Shown here one piece after another: positions 27,144 to 40,913 of a DNA stretch of 64,000 bases. Below the pieces are notes generated by a model. The model had not been told where the DNA came from. It ran no database searches and saw only the letters and a program-made list of their open reading frames with translations. The translations under genes were made by a program, and so were the position numbers. Position 1 is the first letter of the stretch. Each line of letters starts with the position of its first letter. Source of the stretch: Eledone cirrhosa (taxonomy: Eukaryota); assembly GCA_964016885.1 (NCBI GenBank), contig OZ024740.1:199578001-199642000 (forward strand). Reading direction: 5' to 3'.

Positions 27144-27720
27144 TGTTTCTACTTTTGGCACAAGGCCAGCTATTACCCCAGTGTATTACTCGTACTTTAT
27201 TTTATCGACCCCATAAGGATGAAAGCCAAAGTTAACCTTTTCGGGATTTGAACTCAGAATGGCAAGGGCCGTAACTCAATGCGTCAAAGCATGGCGTCCG
27301 ACCCTGTACCGATACTGCCAATCCACCGCCCTTCATTTTTAATAATTGTTTCTACTTTAGGCACAAGGCCAGCAATTATCCAGTACATTACTGGTACTTT
27401 ATTTTATCGACCCCATAAGGATGAAAGGCAAAGTTAACCTTGGCAGGATTTGAACTCAGACCGTAAAGGGACGTAACTATGCTAGAAAGCATGGCGTCCA
27501 ACCCTCTACCGATACTGCCAATAATAATTGTTTCTACTTTTGGCACAAGGCCAGCAATTACCCAGTGTATTTCTGGTACTTTATTTTATCGACCCCGTAA
27601 GGATGAAAGGCAACGTTAACCTCGGCGGGATTTGAACTCAGAATGGCAAGGGCCGTAACTCTATGCGTCAAAGCATGGCGTCCGACCCTCTACCGATACT
27701 GCCAATCCACCGCCCTGCCA
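27144..27720 (-). mobile_element. Three tandem copies of the tRNA-headed SINE
   Basis: Unit TGTTTCTACTTT(T/A)GGCACAAGGCCAGC...CCGATACTGCCAAT starts near 27144, 27347 and 27528. Confidence 0.9.
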
Positions 27721-28677
27721 ATAATAATGATGTCTGAACATACGTTAAACTACCATCACCCAATCCTTTCCTAGATATTAACATACACATCTAATTGTAT
27801 GGATATTCATTGTCTTATTCATCTTAATTCTTCTATGAAATGTTTACTCTGAGGGATTCGAAGGAGCACCATATTGATTTACGTCATTTGAATCTGGAGG
27901 AGCTCGTCCCTCACCATGTCCAAACATCCCCGATTTTTGTTACAGTGAGTGAAGGGAGTGATCTCAGTACTGAACTGAAACAATTACAGACAATTTTGTC
28001 TACTGCAGGATTTTAACATTGGGACAGAGACCCATAACAAATACCGTAAAACATTTTATCTTTTGAATTTAACAGTAACGAACATATCTGGAACATTCTC
28101 TACATAAATCACTAATGGTCCTCGGTCAGATTCGCGAATTAACATATAAGAACATCAGTATTTGATAAATACCTGTACTCCTTCTCACAATCACTGTAGC
28201 ATTGTTTGAAAAACAATCGACATTTATTTAAAGCTACAACCACTCCGATGGGCTTTGATACAGTTTTCGTCTAAACAATTCGCTCATGGTAATAACGCTT
28301 GTCCAACATAACCCGCAAAGGATTGCACTCACAAAGTTATCATAGCCAAACCAAACCCCTCAACGACGACGGCTTTAGAATTGATACTGCTGATGTAGAA
28401 GCCTAAGTATTTGATATCTTAATTATCTCCATCAATTAATAACCATATCCCTATCAGCCACATTATCCCATGATTTAATAACAATATCCCTATCAGCGAC
28501 ACTGAAACACACTTGTAATCTCGATATCACGCCCAAGACCCTATCACACTTCACCATCTTACCATTCGTTAGGTCCCCTTTCCCCTAATAAAGCACGACC
28601 TGTAATTAAACTACATCTCCTAACCACCAATATATGTTGCGGAAATCAGCTATGTGGTCGACGTTACGCTATCAGCT

Positions 28678-29008
28678 TAGAGATAATTTCTCCTAAGATT
28701 GTCTTTAGTTGAAAGTATATCCCTGATAAAGTTGAAAGTATCTCCCTCAAGTATGTTAATGTTTGAATTACTACAAGTGGTTTAGATCGGATTATTTGCC
28801 AGCACTTGGGAATATTGTGTTATCAGGTTTTGTTACTTGGGGGTTGTAGGATGAATGTGTTCATTCATAGTTTAAACCAGAGATAAGTGGAGCGTAAATC
28901 ACATTTGCAGCTCAGGGCATATTCACATAAATGCCCTGAGGGAGACAATTTCAACTTTATCAAGGTAATTTGAACCCCAGAAGTCAATTTTCTCGGAAAT
29001 TATCTCTA
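28678..29008. mobile_element. Probable MITE/fold-back element with long imperfect TIRs
   Basis: TAGAGATAATTTC...TGATAAAGTTGAAAGTATCTCCCTCA on the left versus TGAGGGAGACAATTTCAACTTTATCA...GAAATTATCTCTA on the right. Confidence 0.65.
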
Positions 29009-29811
29009 TTCTCGAATAAAAGTAGCTAAATCTTGTCCCTCAACAAGACGGTTTCTAAAAACTTTATTAGCAGAATCCCGAACAATTTGTCCACGAATAA
29101 ATCAGCACTGAAGTTAATATTTGAATGTATGTAATAAAGCAACCTCATTTGCTCTCCTAATTTTCAACCAGCTCCCAAACCGAGATGTCTAATAGAAATG
29201 CGACTATGTAGAATTTGTGTGTGTGGGAGGGTTAAGGTAAAATGTCTTAGAAATTTAGAAACCCAACGATTCGGATTTTATCTCGGTTTTATTGGTGTTA
29301 AGCGACTCAGAACCCCTTCTCCTTGGAAAGGGTGCCACCCCATTGCAAGTATAACTGCATGTTGCTAGTACGCGTAGATATTTGTAGCTTTTTGGAAAAG
29401 TGCAGCGTTAAATGAAGTGATATGCTGTAGAATAAAACGAGCCACTCAGTCTCTGAACTTGAACCAATAACATTTGGATTGTGAGGCAACGCCCTCACAT
29501 CTAGGCTCGTTGAAATCTTTCGTTGCTATATTTTGAATGATCTCCTGATTTTGAAATAATTTTGAAAATAATAAAGATTTTGTAGATATTAGATAATATA
29601 AGTAAGCGTTTCATTGTTTAGTTGGTGTTTTAAAAAGGACTTACGTTTTTAGATAAAAGCAAATATATTTAAAACAATTTTGTACCATAGAAACAACCGT
29701 GATGTGAGGCAATGTGGAACCAAAAGGCTTAAAATACTTGGATTCGTTGCTTTTTAACTGGATCTATTACATATAACAACTGATCTCAATTCAATCTACG
29801 ATGTGACAATG

Positions 29812-29970
29812 GCTTCTGATTTAGGCACTAGGCCAACAATTTAGGGGAACGGGGAAGTTGAATAAATCGACCCGAATGCGTTACTAGTACTTAATTTTAT
29901 CCATCAAGTAAGGATGAAAGGCAAAGCGAAATTCGATAGGATTAAAACTCAGAATGTATAGGGCCGTAAT
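29812..29970 (-). mobile_element. Diverged SINE copy
   Basis: TTTAGGCACTAGGCC...TAAGGATGAAAGGCAAAG...AACTCAGAATG matches the family in reverse. Confidence 0.65.
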
Positions 29971-30334
29971 CGTATGTCACGAAGAATGGTGAACCGTGGC
30001 TCTTCGATACAATAATCCACCACGCTTAATAAATCCTGTATTAATGAAATGTACGGACACCTTTGATAATATAGTGCTCGGTATATTTATACTTTGATAA
30101 AATACAATAGCTCCCACACTGGAAGAACTCTGAGTTAATATCTGCTGAATCAAGTCAGGCATGAGGCTAAGATGGGAAGGCCCGAAACGTAATTGTTAAT
30201 GGTTTTGTGAGCAAAACTTAGTGCAGAATACTCATTCTCAGAAAATTCTTATCAGAAATCATCAGAAAACAAAAAAAGAACAAACAAAACCATCAGCAAT
30301 CTAAAATAATGCCAGCAGCAACACACACATTCAA

Positions 30335-31055
30335 CTTCCTAGTGTGCTGGGCTGTGGAGTGCGGCTCTCCTAGGAGGGTCCTAAAATGGTCCAGCGACTT
30401 CCCCTTCCTATCCTCGGGTCCTGTTCTTTCGATCTGACTCGAACACCTTCTCTTCCTCCCTGTGATCTCGTTGATGATCATCCAGCTCTCCTTACATCCA
30501 GACCTGCCAACCGCTCTCTCCACACTTCTGATCTTCCCTATCAGAGCTTCCTCTCTGGCCCCAGTGTAAGCGGTACATAGTTCTTCCCCCATCACCTCCA
30601 CAGTCCCCTTCCTCTCCTCCGTAGGATCATCATAGAATTGGTCCTTGGCAGCTTTCAGGTGTTCTCTGGCTGCACACACTTTTCGGTCTGCAGAGCTGAC
30701 GCGCTTCCCTTTTTTTCTTCCTCCTCGGCACCAGGGTCTCACTTGCTTCCGCCACTGTATTGGTGAAGTGCCCGTACCTCCTCGTCACACTCTTCTCAGT
30801 CCCTCCAATCTCTCTCTCCTCTGTCTCTCCACACAGAGCACTGAACCTGTTCCTCACCTCTACTGTGAACCTCTTCTGTAGCTTATCACCTTCAGTAAAA
30901 GCTCCCCAGTCATAGATTGCTCTCCGGAGCTGAGCCTTGCTCTTTCTTAAGCTCACCCGGACCTCACCCATAACAAGCTGGTGGTCACTGCCCAGTGTAC
31001 TGAAATAGTTGTATGGTTCTGTGTTCAGAACACTATTCCGCCACTTTTCCCAATA
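30335..31055 (-). mobile_element. Non-LTR retrotransposon fragment (C-terminal AP endonuclease plus linker; RTE-like)
   Basis: KWRNSVLNTEPYNYFSTLGSDHQLV (SDH motif of APE), then FTVEVRNRFSAL and SWMIINEITGRK across a frameshift. Confidence 0.8.
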
Positions 31056-31064
31056 TCTTTTTTT

Positions 31065-31731
31065 AGTTATTGCTCGCACCAACCTGAGGTATATGATTTT
31101 TAACGCGATGAAATATCAATGATGGTTCGCAAATCACTGACGAAGGAGTATGTTTATCAGATGTAACCCATGTGCAACCACGCAGTATTCTTCTTTCTTC
31201 TCATGTTTTTAATATATATTTACCTCGGCTGCGTTTGTCTGTTTCTCTCTTACTGCTTCCCCGTTCTCTCTGTTGCTCTCACCTTCTTTCGCCCCCTCTG
31301 TCAGTTACACTTTCTCTCGACTGACCTCTTCCTCGCACTTCCACTCACTCATTCTCTGTTTCTCCCCTTCTCACTTCCTCCCGTTTGGCTAGTAGTGGGT
31401 TCTCTTCTTGCTCACATCTCACTCACGTCGGACGGTCTGTATCTTGATCGCTCATGAAATCCACCCAGCTTAAGCTGACCGGATAACCATGTTGCTTGTT
31501 TATTCCCATCTTTGCATTGCTTTCATCCTTCTATGTTGTTTACTTGTCTCACTCGCTTTACGCGATTTACTTGTCCCAATAGCTTTATTTAGCTATTGCT
31601 CGCACCAACCTGAGGTATATGATTTTTAATGCGATGAATTATCAATGATGGTTGGCAAATCACTGACGAAGGACTGTTTTTATCATATGTAACCCATGTG
31701 CAACCACGCAGTATCCTTCTTTCTTCTCATG

Positions 31732-31735
<4 letters not shown>
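31065..31735 (+). mobile_element. Non-coding element with ~145-bp terminal direct repeats (family D, copy 2)
   Basis: TATTGCTCGCACCAACCTGAGGTATATG...CTTCTCATGTTTTT near 31065-31210 and 31589-31735, followed by (TA)n. Confidence 0.8.
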
Positions 31736-31819
<84 letters not shown>

Positions 31820-32326
31820 TTATATATATATATATACTTGTCTAAGTGTGTGTGTATGTGTTTCCATAGATTATACCCCTGAGTGCGAGGGAGAGAGGGA
31901 GATAGATAGATAGAGATAGAGAGAGAGGGGGGGGGGGAGAATGCACGAGAAAGGGTGAGAATGAGCATTGGTATCTGTGTGATAGATAGTAAATTTATGA
32001 GAAATAAACAATTCTATACAATATACATTTACATAAATGTATACCTGTGTTATGTGGGTTATTTAGATCTAACTAGGAAAATAAGCAAACACGCAAAGCA
32101 GGGAGAAACCTAAGTATAAATGTTATTAATATCGACATAAAGCAGTTACTTATGAGAAACATATCATATAAAACTATAGTAATTACAGTAGAGGAAAATA
32201 TATGTTTATATACGTTTGATAGTAGCATATATTTTCTTTATGATTCAATATATTACTTAGATACGCTGACATATATTTGGGAAAAAAGAAAAAAATGCAA
32301 TTTGTGAGTTTATGCTCACATGTGTG

Positions 32327-32359
<33 letters not shown>

Positions 32360-32399
32360 ATGTATACATATAAGTATATGTATACATACATACACATGT

Positions 32400-32560
<161 letters not shown>

Positions 32561-32899
32561 AGAGAGAGAGAGAGATGTATGTATATATATATATATGAGA
32601 GGGGGGGGGGGTATCGGCATAAATATATTTGCTTCTGTACCATATGCATCTATGTATTGTATTATAGAAAATACTTGAGCAATTTTTTGAATTACTTGTA
32701 ATAAAACTGATGGGAATTATGTAGATCAGATGTAATATCCACAGCTGAAAGATATCTTCTGTAGAGAACGGGTAGAAAGTAAGAAGTAGAGAGCGAGGAG
32801 AGGGAGGGTGAAAAAGCGACTACAGAGAATGTTATACATTCGTTTTGCCTGCTAGAAATAGCAGTCATTTTTTAAACTTAAATTGTACTTAACGTGTGT

Positions 32900-33110
32900 T
32901 GGATTGGCACTATTACTACAGCGTCGGACAACATGCTTTATAGCATTAAGTTACAGCCCTTTACTTTCTGAGTTTAAAACGCACCGAGGTTAGCTTTGCC
33001 GTACATCCTTGCGGTGTCGATAACATAAAGCACCAGTAATGCATTGGGGTTGATATAATCGACTTACCCCTCCCCTTTTAACTTCTGGCCTCGTGCCTAA
33101 AGTAGAAATA
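32900..33110 (+). mobile_element. tRNA-headed SINE copy
   Basis: TTGGCAC...GAGTTTAAAACGCACCGAGGTTAGCTTTGCC...GTCGATAACATAAAGCACCAG...GTGCCTAAAGTAGAAA. Confidence 0.75.
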
Positions 33111-34438
33111 AAATATTTTACTTAAATCAGTGCCCCTCCATTGAGTGTAAAGAAGGCTTTTGTCCACCATATATAAGATATGCACGTCAAATGTTCTGAT
33201 CAGTGACATTAAACCTCAGTTATAATGAAACTAATCACACAACCATACATGTGCCCATAATACCAGCATTTCTTGTCTGCTATCATATTCTCCCATTTAT
33301 ACAGCACTGTTGTTTTACACATTTTTCTTTGTTTGTTTCGTTGATGCACAGTATACACCATAACTAAATGTTTATATATCAAAACTAGGCTTTTCCAGAC
33401 ATTTATTTCTGGTCAAAAAGCGGGCCACATTATACTGAAATGTGTGCAATACACAAAAGTATATGGTATTAAAGATATTTCGTAATTGTGTTTACGTTAA
33501 ATGGAATTTAAGTAAATGTAAATAACAGTGGGGGACGAAGCTGAATGACAAAGGAAGAAGGACCTGTGAACAGAATGACAACTTCAAGTTGGTATTTCTG
33601 GCTACACATATGTTAATGGAAAGGAAATGAACAAAAGCTTGACTTCCTTCAATTCACGCTTATTTAAACACAAAGGGTTGTCTAAAGAATAAAAGATGAG
33701 CCTAAAATTTTGATATATATTTCATGTATATAGATTGCTTTGGAATGATTTTTCTTTTTGATATCAAACTTGCTGATTGTTTCCATGACATTAAGTTGTT
33801 ATTTTAAAGTGTTTATGTGTACATGAAAATGTTCCCTCATATACTCATGTAAAAGCCAATTATTAAGATATGTTCCTCCGAATTATTACATATTGTTTAA
33901 ATGATTCGATAATCATAGACAGTGTGTTTCATTACAAATATGACAATGCAAGTGTTGAGGTATATATACTTACATAAAAGCCTCCCATGATAAATTCATG
34001 TAAGAATCATCTTTATGTTATGCTCCATGCAAAAGGGTTATAAATTCGAATGTTATATTAATAACTTACTCTTAGTACTTGATTTTTTTCAAAAAGGTTT
34101 CATTAGAAATATTATAACGAAAGGGTTAATTATTGCGTATTCCCCTTTTCAGGACCTCAAAGTTTGATGGGAAGAAGGTATCTGCAACAACAGACCTGCA
34201 GCACGCTGAACTTTGCTAAACTTGTGGATGCAATCACTGAAAGCTGATCATTTGCGGGGTTAATAAAAGCCACGTGTTGAAAATATTCTCAACAAGGCAC
34301 AGACATAGTTATATGAATAAGGATTTTGCTTCCCAGCCACGTGGTTCGATGTTAAGTAGCACTAAACAAACATCTGCTAGAAGTGAAATTTGGGAGGTGG
34401 TGTCTGCGGAAGCCCTTGGTGCATATGGATGTATATAT

Positions 34439-34789
34439 CTATCTATTTAGGGCGGGTAAAATTCCCGAGATCCATGGACGAGTTCTCTCCAGCAGTTTCT
34501 GTCCCTCATTATCGTTGCTATGTCCTGTGTCTCCAACAGACCACTGTCTGTCCTTAGGGCATCAACATATCTTAACCTCGGTCTTCCTCTTCCAGTGTGT
34601 CCATGCATGGCCTCCCACAGGAGCACTGAGTGCAGTGTCAATTCTGGATGTCGGTGAGCATGTCCGGCTAACCTCAGTCTCCTCTGATTGTGGATGGGTG
34701 CTACACGAGAATGCTGAGGATGGCTCTGCACATTAATCAGTATACACTGAGGATGAAAATCTCAGAGCTGTATGGGAGCCTCCCAAAAG

Positions 34790-34790
<1 letters not shown>
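34439..34790 (-). mobile_element. RTE-clade LINE 3' end with an inverted 5' segment
   Basis: Minus 34447-34689: QRRLRLAGHAHRHPE...RGRPRLRYVD...WRELV with a (TAGA) tail. Plus 34690-34791: VDGCYTRMLRMALHINQ...ELYGSLPKV. Flanked by ATGTATATAT at 34429-34438 and 34791-34800. Confidence 0.85.
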
Positions 34791-34824
<34 letters not shown>

Positions 34825-34868
34825 GCTCTCTGTGTGAAAGTATAGAAGCTCTTGTACTTAAGTAAAGA

Positions 34869-35022
34869 CTCCGATGGAGTGGTCACCTTGCCAGGATGAG
34901 AGATTCTAGAATACCAAAACAACTCTTTTATGGAGCGTTAGTTAAAGGAAAACGACCTCCACATGAACCAAAAAAGAGGTATAATGATTCGTTGAAATCC
35001 TCCTTGAAAGACGCTAACATCT
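34869..35022 (+). mobile_element. RTE/BovB-like LINE C-terminal fragment
   Basis: Translates as LRWSGHLARMRDSRIPKQLFYGALVKGKRPPHEPKKRYNDSLKSSLK. Confidence 0.8.
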
Positions 35023-36932
35023 CTAGTTAAACTTGATCGATAATATTAGTACCAGACATGAAAAGATAACTACTGAGGTGTGTATGATTACATCCTTTGG
35101 AAACACTGCCAAGTAGCGCCGTAGTCTAATAACAGAAACTATAGATATTAGGGTAGCTCAATTTACCTTGTAATTCTAGGGTTAACCGAGACAATGTTAA
35201 AGACAATTATCCAACATTTCACTCTATGGGGCTTACACCAGGATCTCATGATTGCAAAGCAAATTTAATAACCACTGAGCCATGTCTTTGCCATATACAA
35301 TAAAAATTAGGTATGTTGTATTGGACAACGTACAATATGATGACTTATAAAAGGTATGTTATACTACATACTTCATATTTTACAACGTAATTGGTTAATA
35401 GAGGGTGCGTTAAATTTGACACCTGAAAATGCCAAGGTTCATAGAAAAAGCGTTATATCTAAAGTTTGGATGACCACGCCTGTTCTAAAAAGATATCTGC
35501 AAGAAAGATATGAAACCGTGGAATATAAGCATCTAGCCGAGATGCGCAGGTGGCCATGCAGCTTTGCACCTCGGTATAAGAAAGGGGGTAGAGCAAACAG
35601 GGGACATGGTTAAGTTAAGGGCAAGAAGAAAGGAGCGACAATAGCATCCACAACAAGTTTCATTCGTTTTCTGCAGCAAATGTAGTAGATACGCTCATTC
35701 ACGTAATAGACTGTTCATTCACTCGTGAAAGTGCAGACAAATATATCTCTAAGCGCTACATCATCGTCTCTCGTATGTCAGTCATATCTAAACATTCATA
35801 TAATATTTAGACAGATATCTATAGAATTTCGAATCGGGAGAGTAGCTAGAACATTGAATATCTGTTCCTGCTCTCTGTTCACTATTCATGCTGTTGCTTA
35901 TAGGTCCTACGTTATATTTTACAGAACAGAATTTATAGAGGCAACATTAGGTTTGCAAAGGTAGAATCTTAATTGACAGAATGTACGTTATATTTTGTAA
36001 CGCAGCATATCATGATTTATTGTAGTTACGTTTTATTTTACATCGTAGAAACCAATTCTACGCTCATGTTGATAACATAATATCTTAATATTTTAAGAAG
36101 TTTTAAAAACTAGAAATATTTTAGGAATTAAAATCGACACCAAGAAGGAGAAATTTATTTTAAGCCATGAGTTGAAATCATTAACAGAAAATAGTCACTG
36201 GGAAATACAAAAGATATTATAAATAAAAATAAAATATATTATATGCAATTAACTCATTTTGTGTGAGATATTCTAGAAATTCTAAGGTCGATGTTTTAAT
36301 AGATTTCAAGTACCCTAACAACAACGCTGCACCTAACACTTGACTACATTGTTAAGGTTATTGGAAATTTCATATGATGGAATATTGTTGAAAGCATTTG
36401 GATGGATAGGGTTAAAGTGAGAAGAGAGTGGAAAAGGGGGGAACAAGTGGAAATAATGTAAAATGGTGGGATTAGAAGTGAGAGCGGTTCGTTGAGGGAG
36501 ATATGAAAGAAAATATGAGAGGGAAGTAGAAGAAAAGAGAGGGTAGAAGGGAAGAGAAGAGAAAAAGAAGAGAGTGAAGAGGAAATGGAGGGATTGGAGA
36601 GACACGAGTGAATTTTACACAATTCATGTTTTAAAATATTAATGTATTCGATAATTGCTATGAGAATGAAAACACATTTCAGAAACAAGTAGTACATAGG
36701 GGTCAAAACTATATTTTTTCGCCTATATTTAATTCCAGCAGAATGCAGGGAGAGACCACTGACTTGATGACGATCAGAGTCGGAGATGAGGTTGTCGTCA
36801 GTTACCCATCCTTTGATTCGAATGGAATCTGCTAGATGGCGCTATCTCAACAGTTTCCAAATGTGTTGTTAGTTTACTTTCTCCAACATTTCTCCATCTT
36901 CTTTATTCTTTTTCGAAATTCCCCATAATATA

Positions 36933-37138
<206 letters not shown>

Positions 37139-37350
37139 TAAGTTAAAAATGTACATCTACATACTGAAATACTAGTATGCATATGAATACACACACGTAT
37201 ACATATGTAGATGTACCAAGTTTTTCACTGGTTACTTTACTGTGAGTATCCAGCTATTCTGTATGTAAACACACAGACAAACCGGTTTTTAGAGTCATAC
37301 TGGTTTTTGAGGAAACACCTTTCCTCTATTATCCAGAAAGCCAGACAAGG

Positions 37351-37395
37351 AATATTGAACTAGTTTCGTTGTTGTTACAACTCATCAGCAATATT
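37351..37395 (-). ncRNA. Minimal type I hammerhead (family B, minus-strand copy)
   Basis: Exact reverse complement of 37749-37793. Confidence 0.85.
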
Positions 37396-37748
37396 TACCT
37401 ATCTACCGGCCTTTCTGGAGAATCGTAAAAGCACATATCGTTATATGCTTTTTCTATGAAAATTAGTAGTGGGCAGACTAATTTGCATAGAGTGTGAGTA
37501 CGTAGCGGTTCAACGGAGACGATAAAAACAAATAACGAAACGAAAGTGAGTTACAAACGAAAGTCAGACAAGTGAGTTACAAACGAAACGAAATTTAATT
37601 TCGTTTCGTTATTTGTTTTTATCGTCTCCGTTGAACCGGTACGTACTCACACTCTATGCAAATTAGTCTGCCCACTACTAATTTTCATAGAAAAAGCATA
37701 TAACGATATGTGCTTTTACGATTCTCCAGAAAGGCCGGTAGATAGGTA

Positions 37749-37793
37749 AATATTGCTGATGAGTTGTAACAACAACGAAACTAGTTCAATATT
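37749..37793 (+). ncRNA. Minimal type I hammerhead; predicted cleavage after T37786 (GUU triplet)
   Basis: AATATTG CTGATGA GTTGT-AACA-ACAAC GAAA CTAGT T CAATATT: 7-bp stem I, 5-bp stem II, palindromic stem III ACTAGT. Confidence 0.85.
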
Positions 37794-38237
37794 CCTTGTC
37801 TGGCTTTTTTGGAGAATAGAGGAAAGGTGTTTCCTAAAAAAACAGTATGACTCTAAAAACCGGTTTGTCTGTGTGTTTACATACAGAATAGCTGGATACT
37901 CACAGTAAAGTAACCAGTGAAATACTTGGTACATCTACATATGTATACGTGTGTGTATTCATATGCATACTAGTATTTCAGTATGCATATGTAGATATAC
38001 ATTTTTAACTTAATTGTTTAAGCGTCAGTCATACAAAAGTGAGTTACAAACGAAACGAAATTTAATTTCGTTTCGTTATTTGTTTTTATATATATATATA
38101 TATAACCAAAAATGTGGGTTCGACTCCCATGTACGGCAACACTCATCTTTTTCCATTTCTCCGAGGGTTATAAACCCTACTGTCAGGCTAGAGATTTCTT
38201 TAGTCTAAAATACGGTGAAAGCTTATAATTTCTAATA

Positions 38238-38312
<75 letters not shown>

Positions 38313-38901
38313 ATAGGGATGAAGAGACGATTATGAGCAAGAAAAATATTTTTCTTCCTTTTTTTTTTGTCTCTCTCAAATTTTTCTGGGTTAGAAAATG
38401 ATTAAAACGAAATGTTTTACTTTGTGTGAAGTGTTAAGGTATTAGTTGATTTATTTATTATTTAACAATGGCATTTATTTATCTATTTATATATTTAATT
38501 ATTGTCTATTACCGGTTTCTGCATTTATATGCATTATCAAATGATAGTGAAATGTATTAGTGTGGTGTCGCACATGTTAAACCGAAGGTGCAGAAAGAAT
38601 AATGTTATATACGCAGAAAGAATAATGTTATATACAAACAAGGTTTAAGAAGTGAAAAGAAAAAAAGGAAAAGGAAAAAAAAAACGTGCATAATGTGGAA
38701 CGTAAAAAGTGAATGTGGAAGAAAAGTTAATGTTATTTACAAGCACAGTCATTGAAGTTAAGCAGTTCAAAATGTGTTAATATCGCAAGAGTGTTTAGTT
38801 GAACCATGGTTCCGTGAAGGAGGCAAATGGTGGACTGTGGTTTGATATGATTTCCCTTTTTAGAGAGTTAATATGCAATTCTTATATATATAAGCAATTC
38901 T

Positions 38902-38964
<63 letters not shown>

Positions 38965-39428
38965 CTATTGCGTAGGGGTTTGTTTCTGTTGGTTTCTGTT
39001 TGTTTTCAAAGCGTAAATTTCATTTATTTCCTTGAGATCAAAGTAAAGTTTAGTATATTTACCGTAAAGTAGTTTTGTGATAGTAAGTGGTATGCAAATT
39101 TTACATTGAGACTCTTGAACCTTAAACTGTAGCTATGATGACCTACTCAAAATTTCGATGCATTTAGTGATATTAAAATTCTGTAAACCTTTGTTCGTAT
39201 TTTTTTTGAACGTTACTTGACACGCGACATCAGAAAAAAGAGTCAAGCTACTCTATGTTCATTATGCTTACGACTACCAGACCATCCAGAAAGGGTAAAT
39301 CATGTTTGGCTATATCTTTTGCAGTCATTTGATTACGTGGTTGAATATTTTATGCTTGTAGACGAGTGTATATTTTATTTAATTTTAATTATTCGAATGT
39401 GTATAAGATGTTTGTTTTATATTTATAA

Positions 39429-39612
39429 TTGTTTCTAGTTTTGGCACAAGGCCAGCAATTATCCCAGTTCATTACTAGTGCTTTATTTTATCGAACCCGT
39501 TAGGAACAAAGGCAAAATTAACCTCGGCGGTATTTGAACTCAAGCCCTAAATGGCTATAACTCTATGCTGCAAAGCATAGCAACCGACTCTCTACCGATA
39601 CTACCAATCGCA
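39429..39612 (-). mobile_element. tRNA-headed SINE copy
   Basis: TTTTGGCACAAGGCCAGCAATT...TTAACCTCGGCGGTATTTGAACTC...CTACCGATACTACCAAT. Confidence 0.8.
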
Positions 39613-40674
39613 CGACACTGAGATTTTTACCTTTTGTGTCACGTTTCGTTATAGCATTTTCTGATATCATATTTTTTAATTTTCATCATGATTCATTTCG
39701 CCTATTTCTTAATAAATTGACGAATTTTCTTTAATTTTATTTTGGTATTTAGGTTATGGAGTAGGACCTGGACTTCCCTGTATTCTTCATATTGTTATCG
39801 ATTCGCTTATTGCCTTAATAGCTTATTTTGTTTTTTCTTGACTATTAATTTGTTTTTTTTATGTTATGTTGTGAAAACTGGTTCTCCAATTGATCGACAT
39901 CCGGTCATTTTGAGGGGTTGTTTGAGGGTTAAAGATCAAGTGTATACGGGAGTGGTTTGAGCAAGGCCTATTACACAAAATGGTTGTAGTAGCTGCAGGT
40001 AATAATTGATATTATTTAATGTCTATTCTTCTAGGAAAACTGCGTAGTTTGACAGCTGCAGCTTGACAAATTTTGTCTTCCATATATCCGTATTTAGAGT
40101 GGGTTGAAAATATGGATAATGTCCGAAATAGGGTTTATGGGGTATGTCTTAGTTCTAATACAGGTATCCAGTACAGGATTGGCCCATCTGGCGGAAGCTT
40201 CTCCCGACATCATTGGTGTTAAATGACATAGAGAAAGGACTAGTTGCAGGAGGGTCTTCAGGCCATGGAAAATGTAGCCGAGCAACTATTACTGGTACTT
40301 ATTTTCTGCTGAGTAACCTGGAACAACATTAAGTGAGGTCAGTTTCTTGAGTAAAAATAGTAGTAGATCCTTTAGGTTTCGAAACGCCAGACGTGGGCCC
40401 AGCAACCTCACAATAAAGCCGTTGGTTTTCTTTTACATATAGAGAGAAGACATGTGAAATATTAAGCTCTTACATCTAACCAATTCAATTTATTGATGAC
40501 AAGTACTAAATCACAAACATAAATATATTTTCAATGCAAAATATGATATATAAAATGTATGGTTCCGTGGTGGGTATAGTATATAATGGATGGATACCAT
40601 CAATTAGAACTTCAAAGACCGGCTAGATATAACGAGGTTTATTGAAGCAACTCACGTTATTTGAGTGTATATAA

Positions 40675-40709
<35 letters not shown>

Positions 40710-40736
40710 TGTATACACACACACGCATACACACAT

Positions 40737-40791
<55 letters not shown>

Positions 40792-40913
40792 TATATATAT
40801 TTATATATATATATATATATAAGTGTGTGTGTGTGTTTATATATATGTATATATATATATATATGTATGTGTGTGTATGTATGTATGTATGTATGCATGT
40901 ATGTATGTATATA

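Noticed and set aside
34140-34260. Possible host exon after TCCCCTTTTCAG (a similar acceptor-like site lies near 58376)
   Set aside because: Acceptor-like motifs are common in AT-rich DNA; no recognisable coding signal without transcript data.
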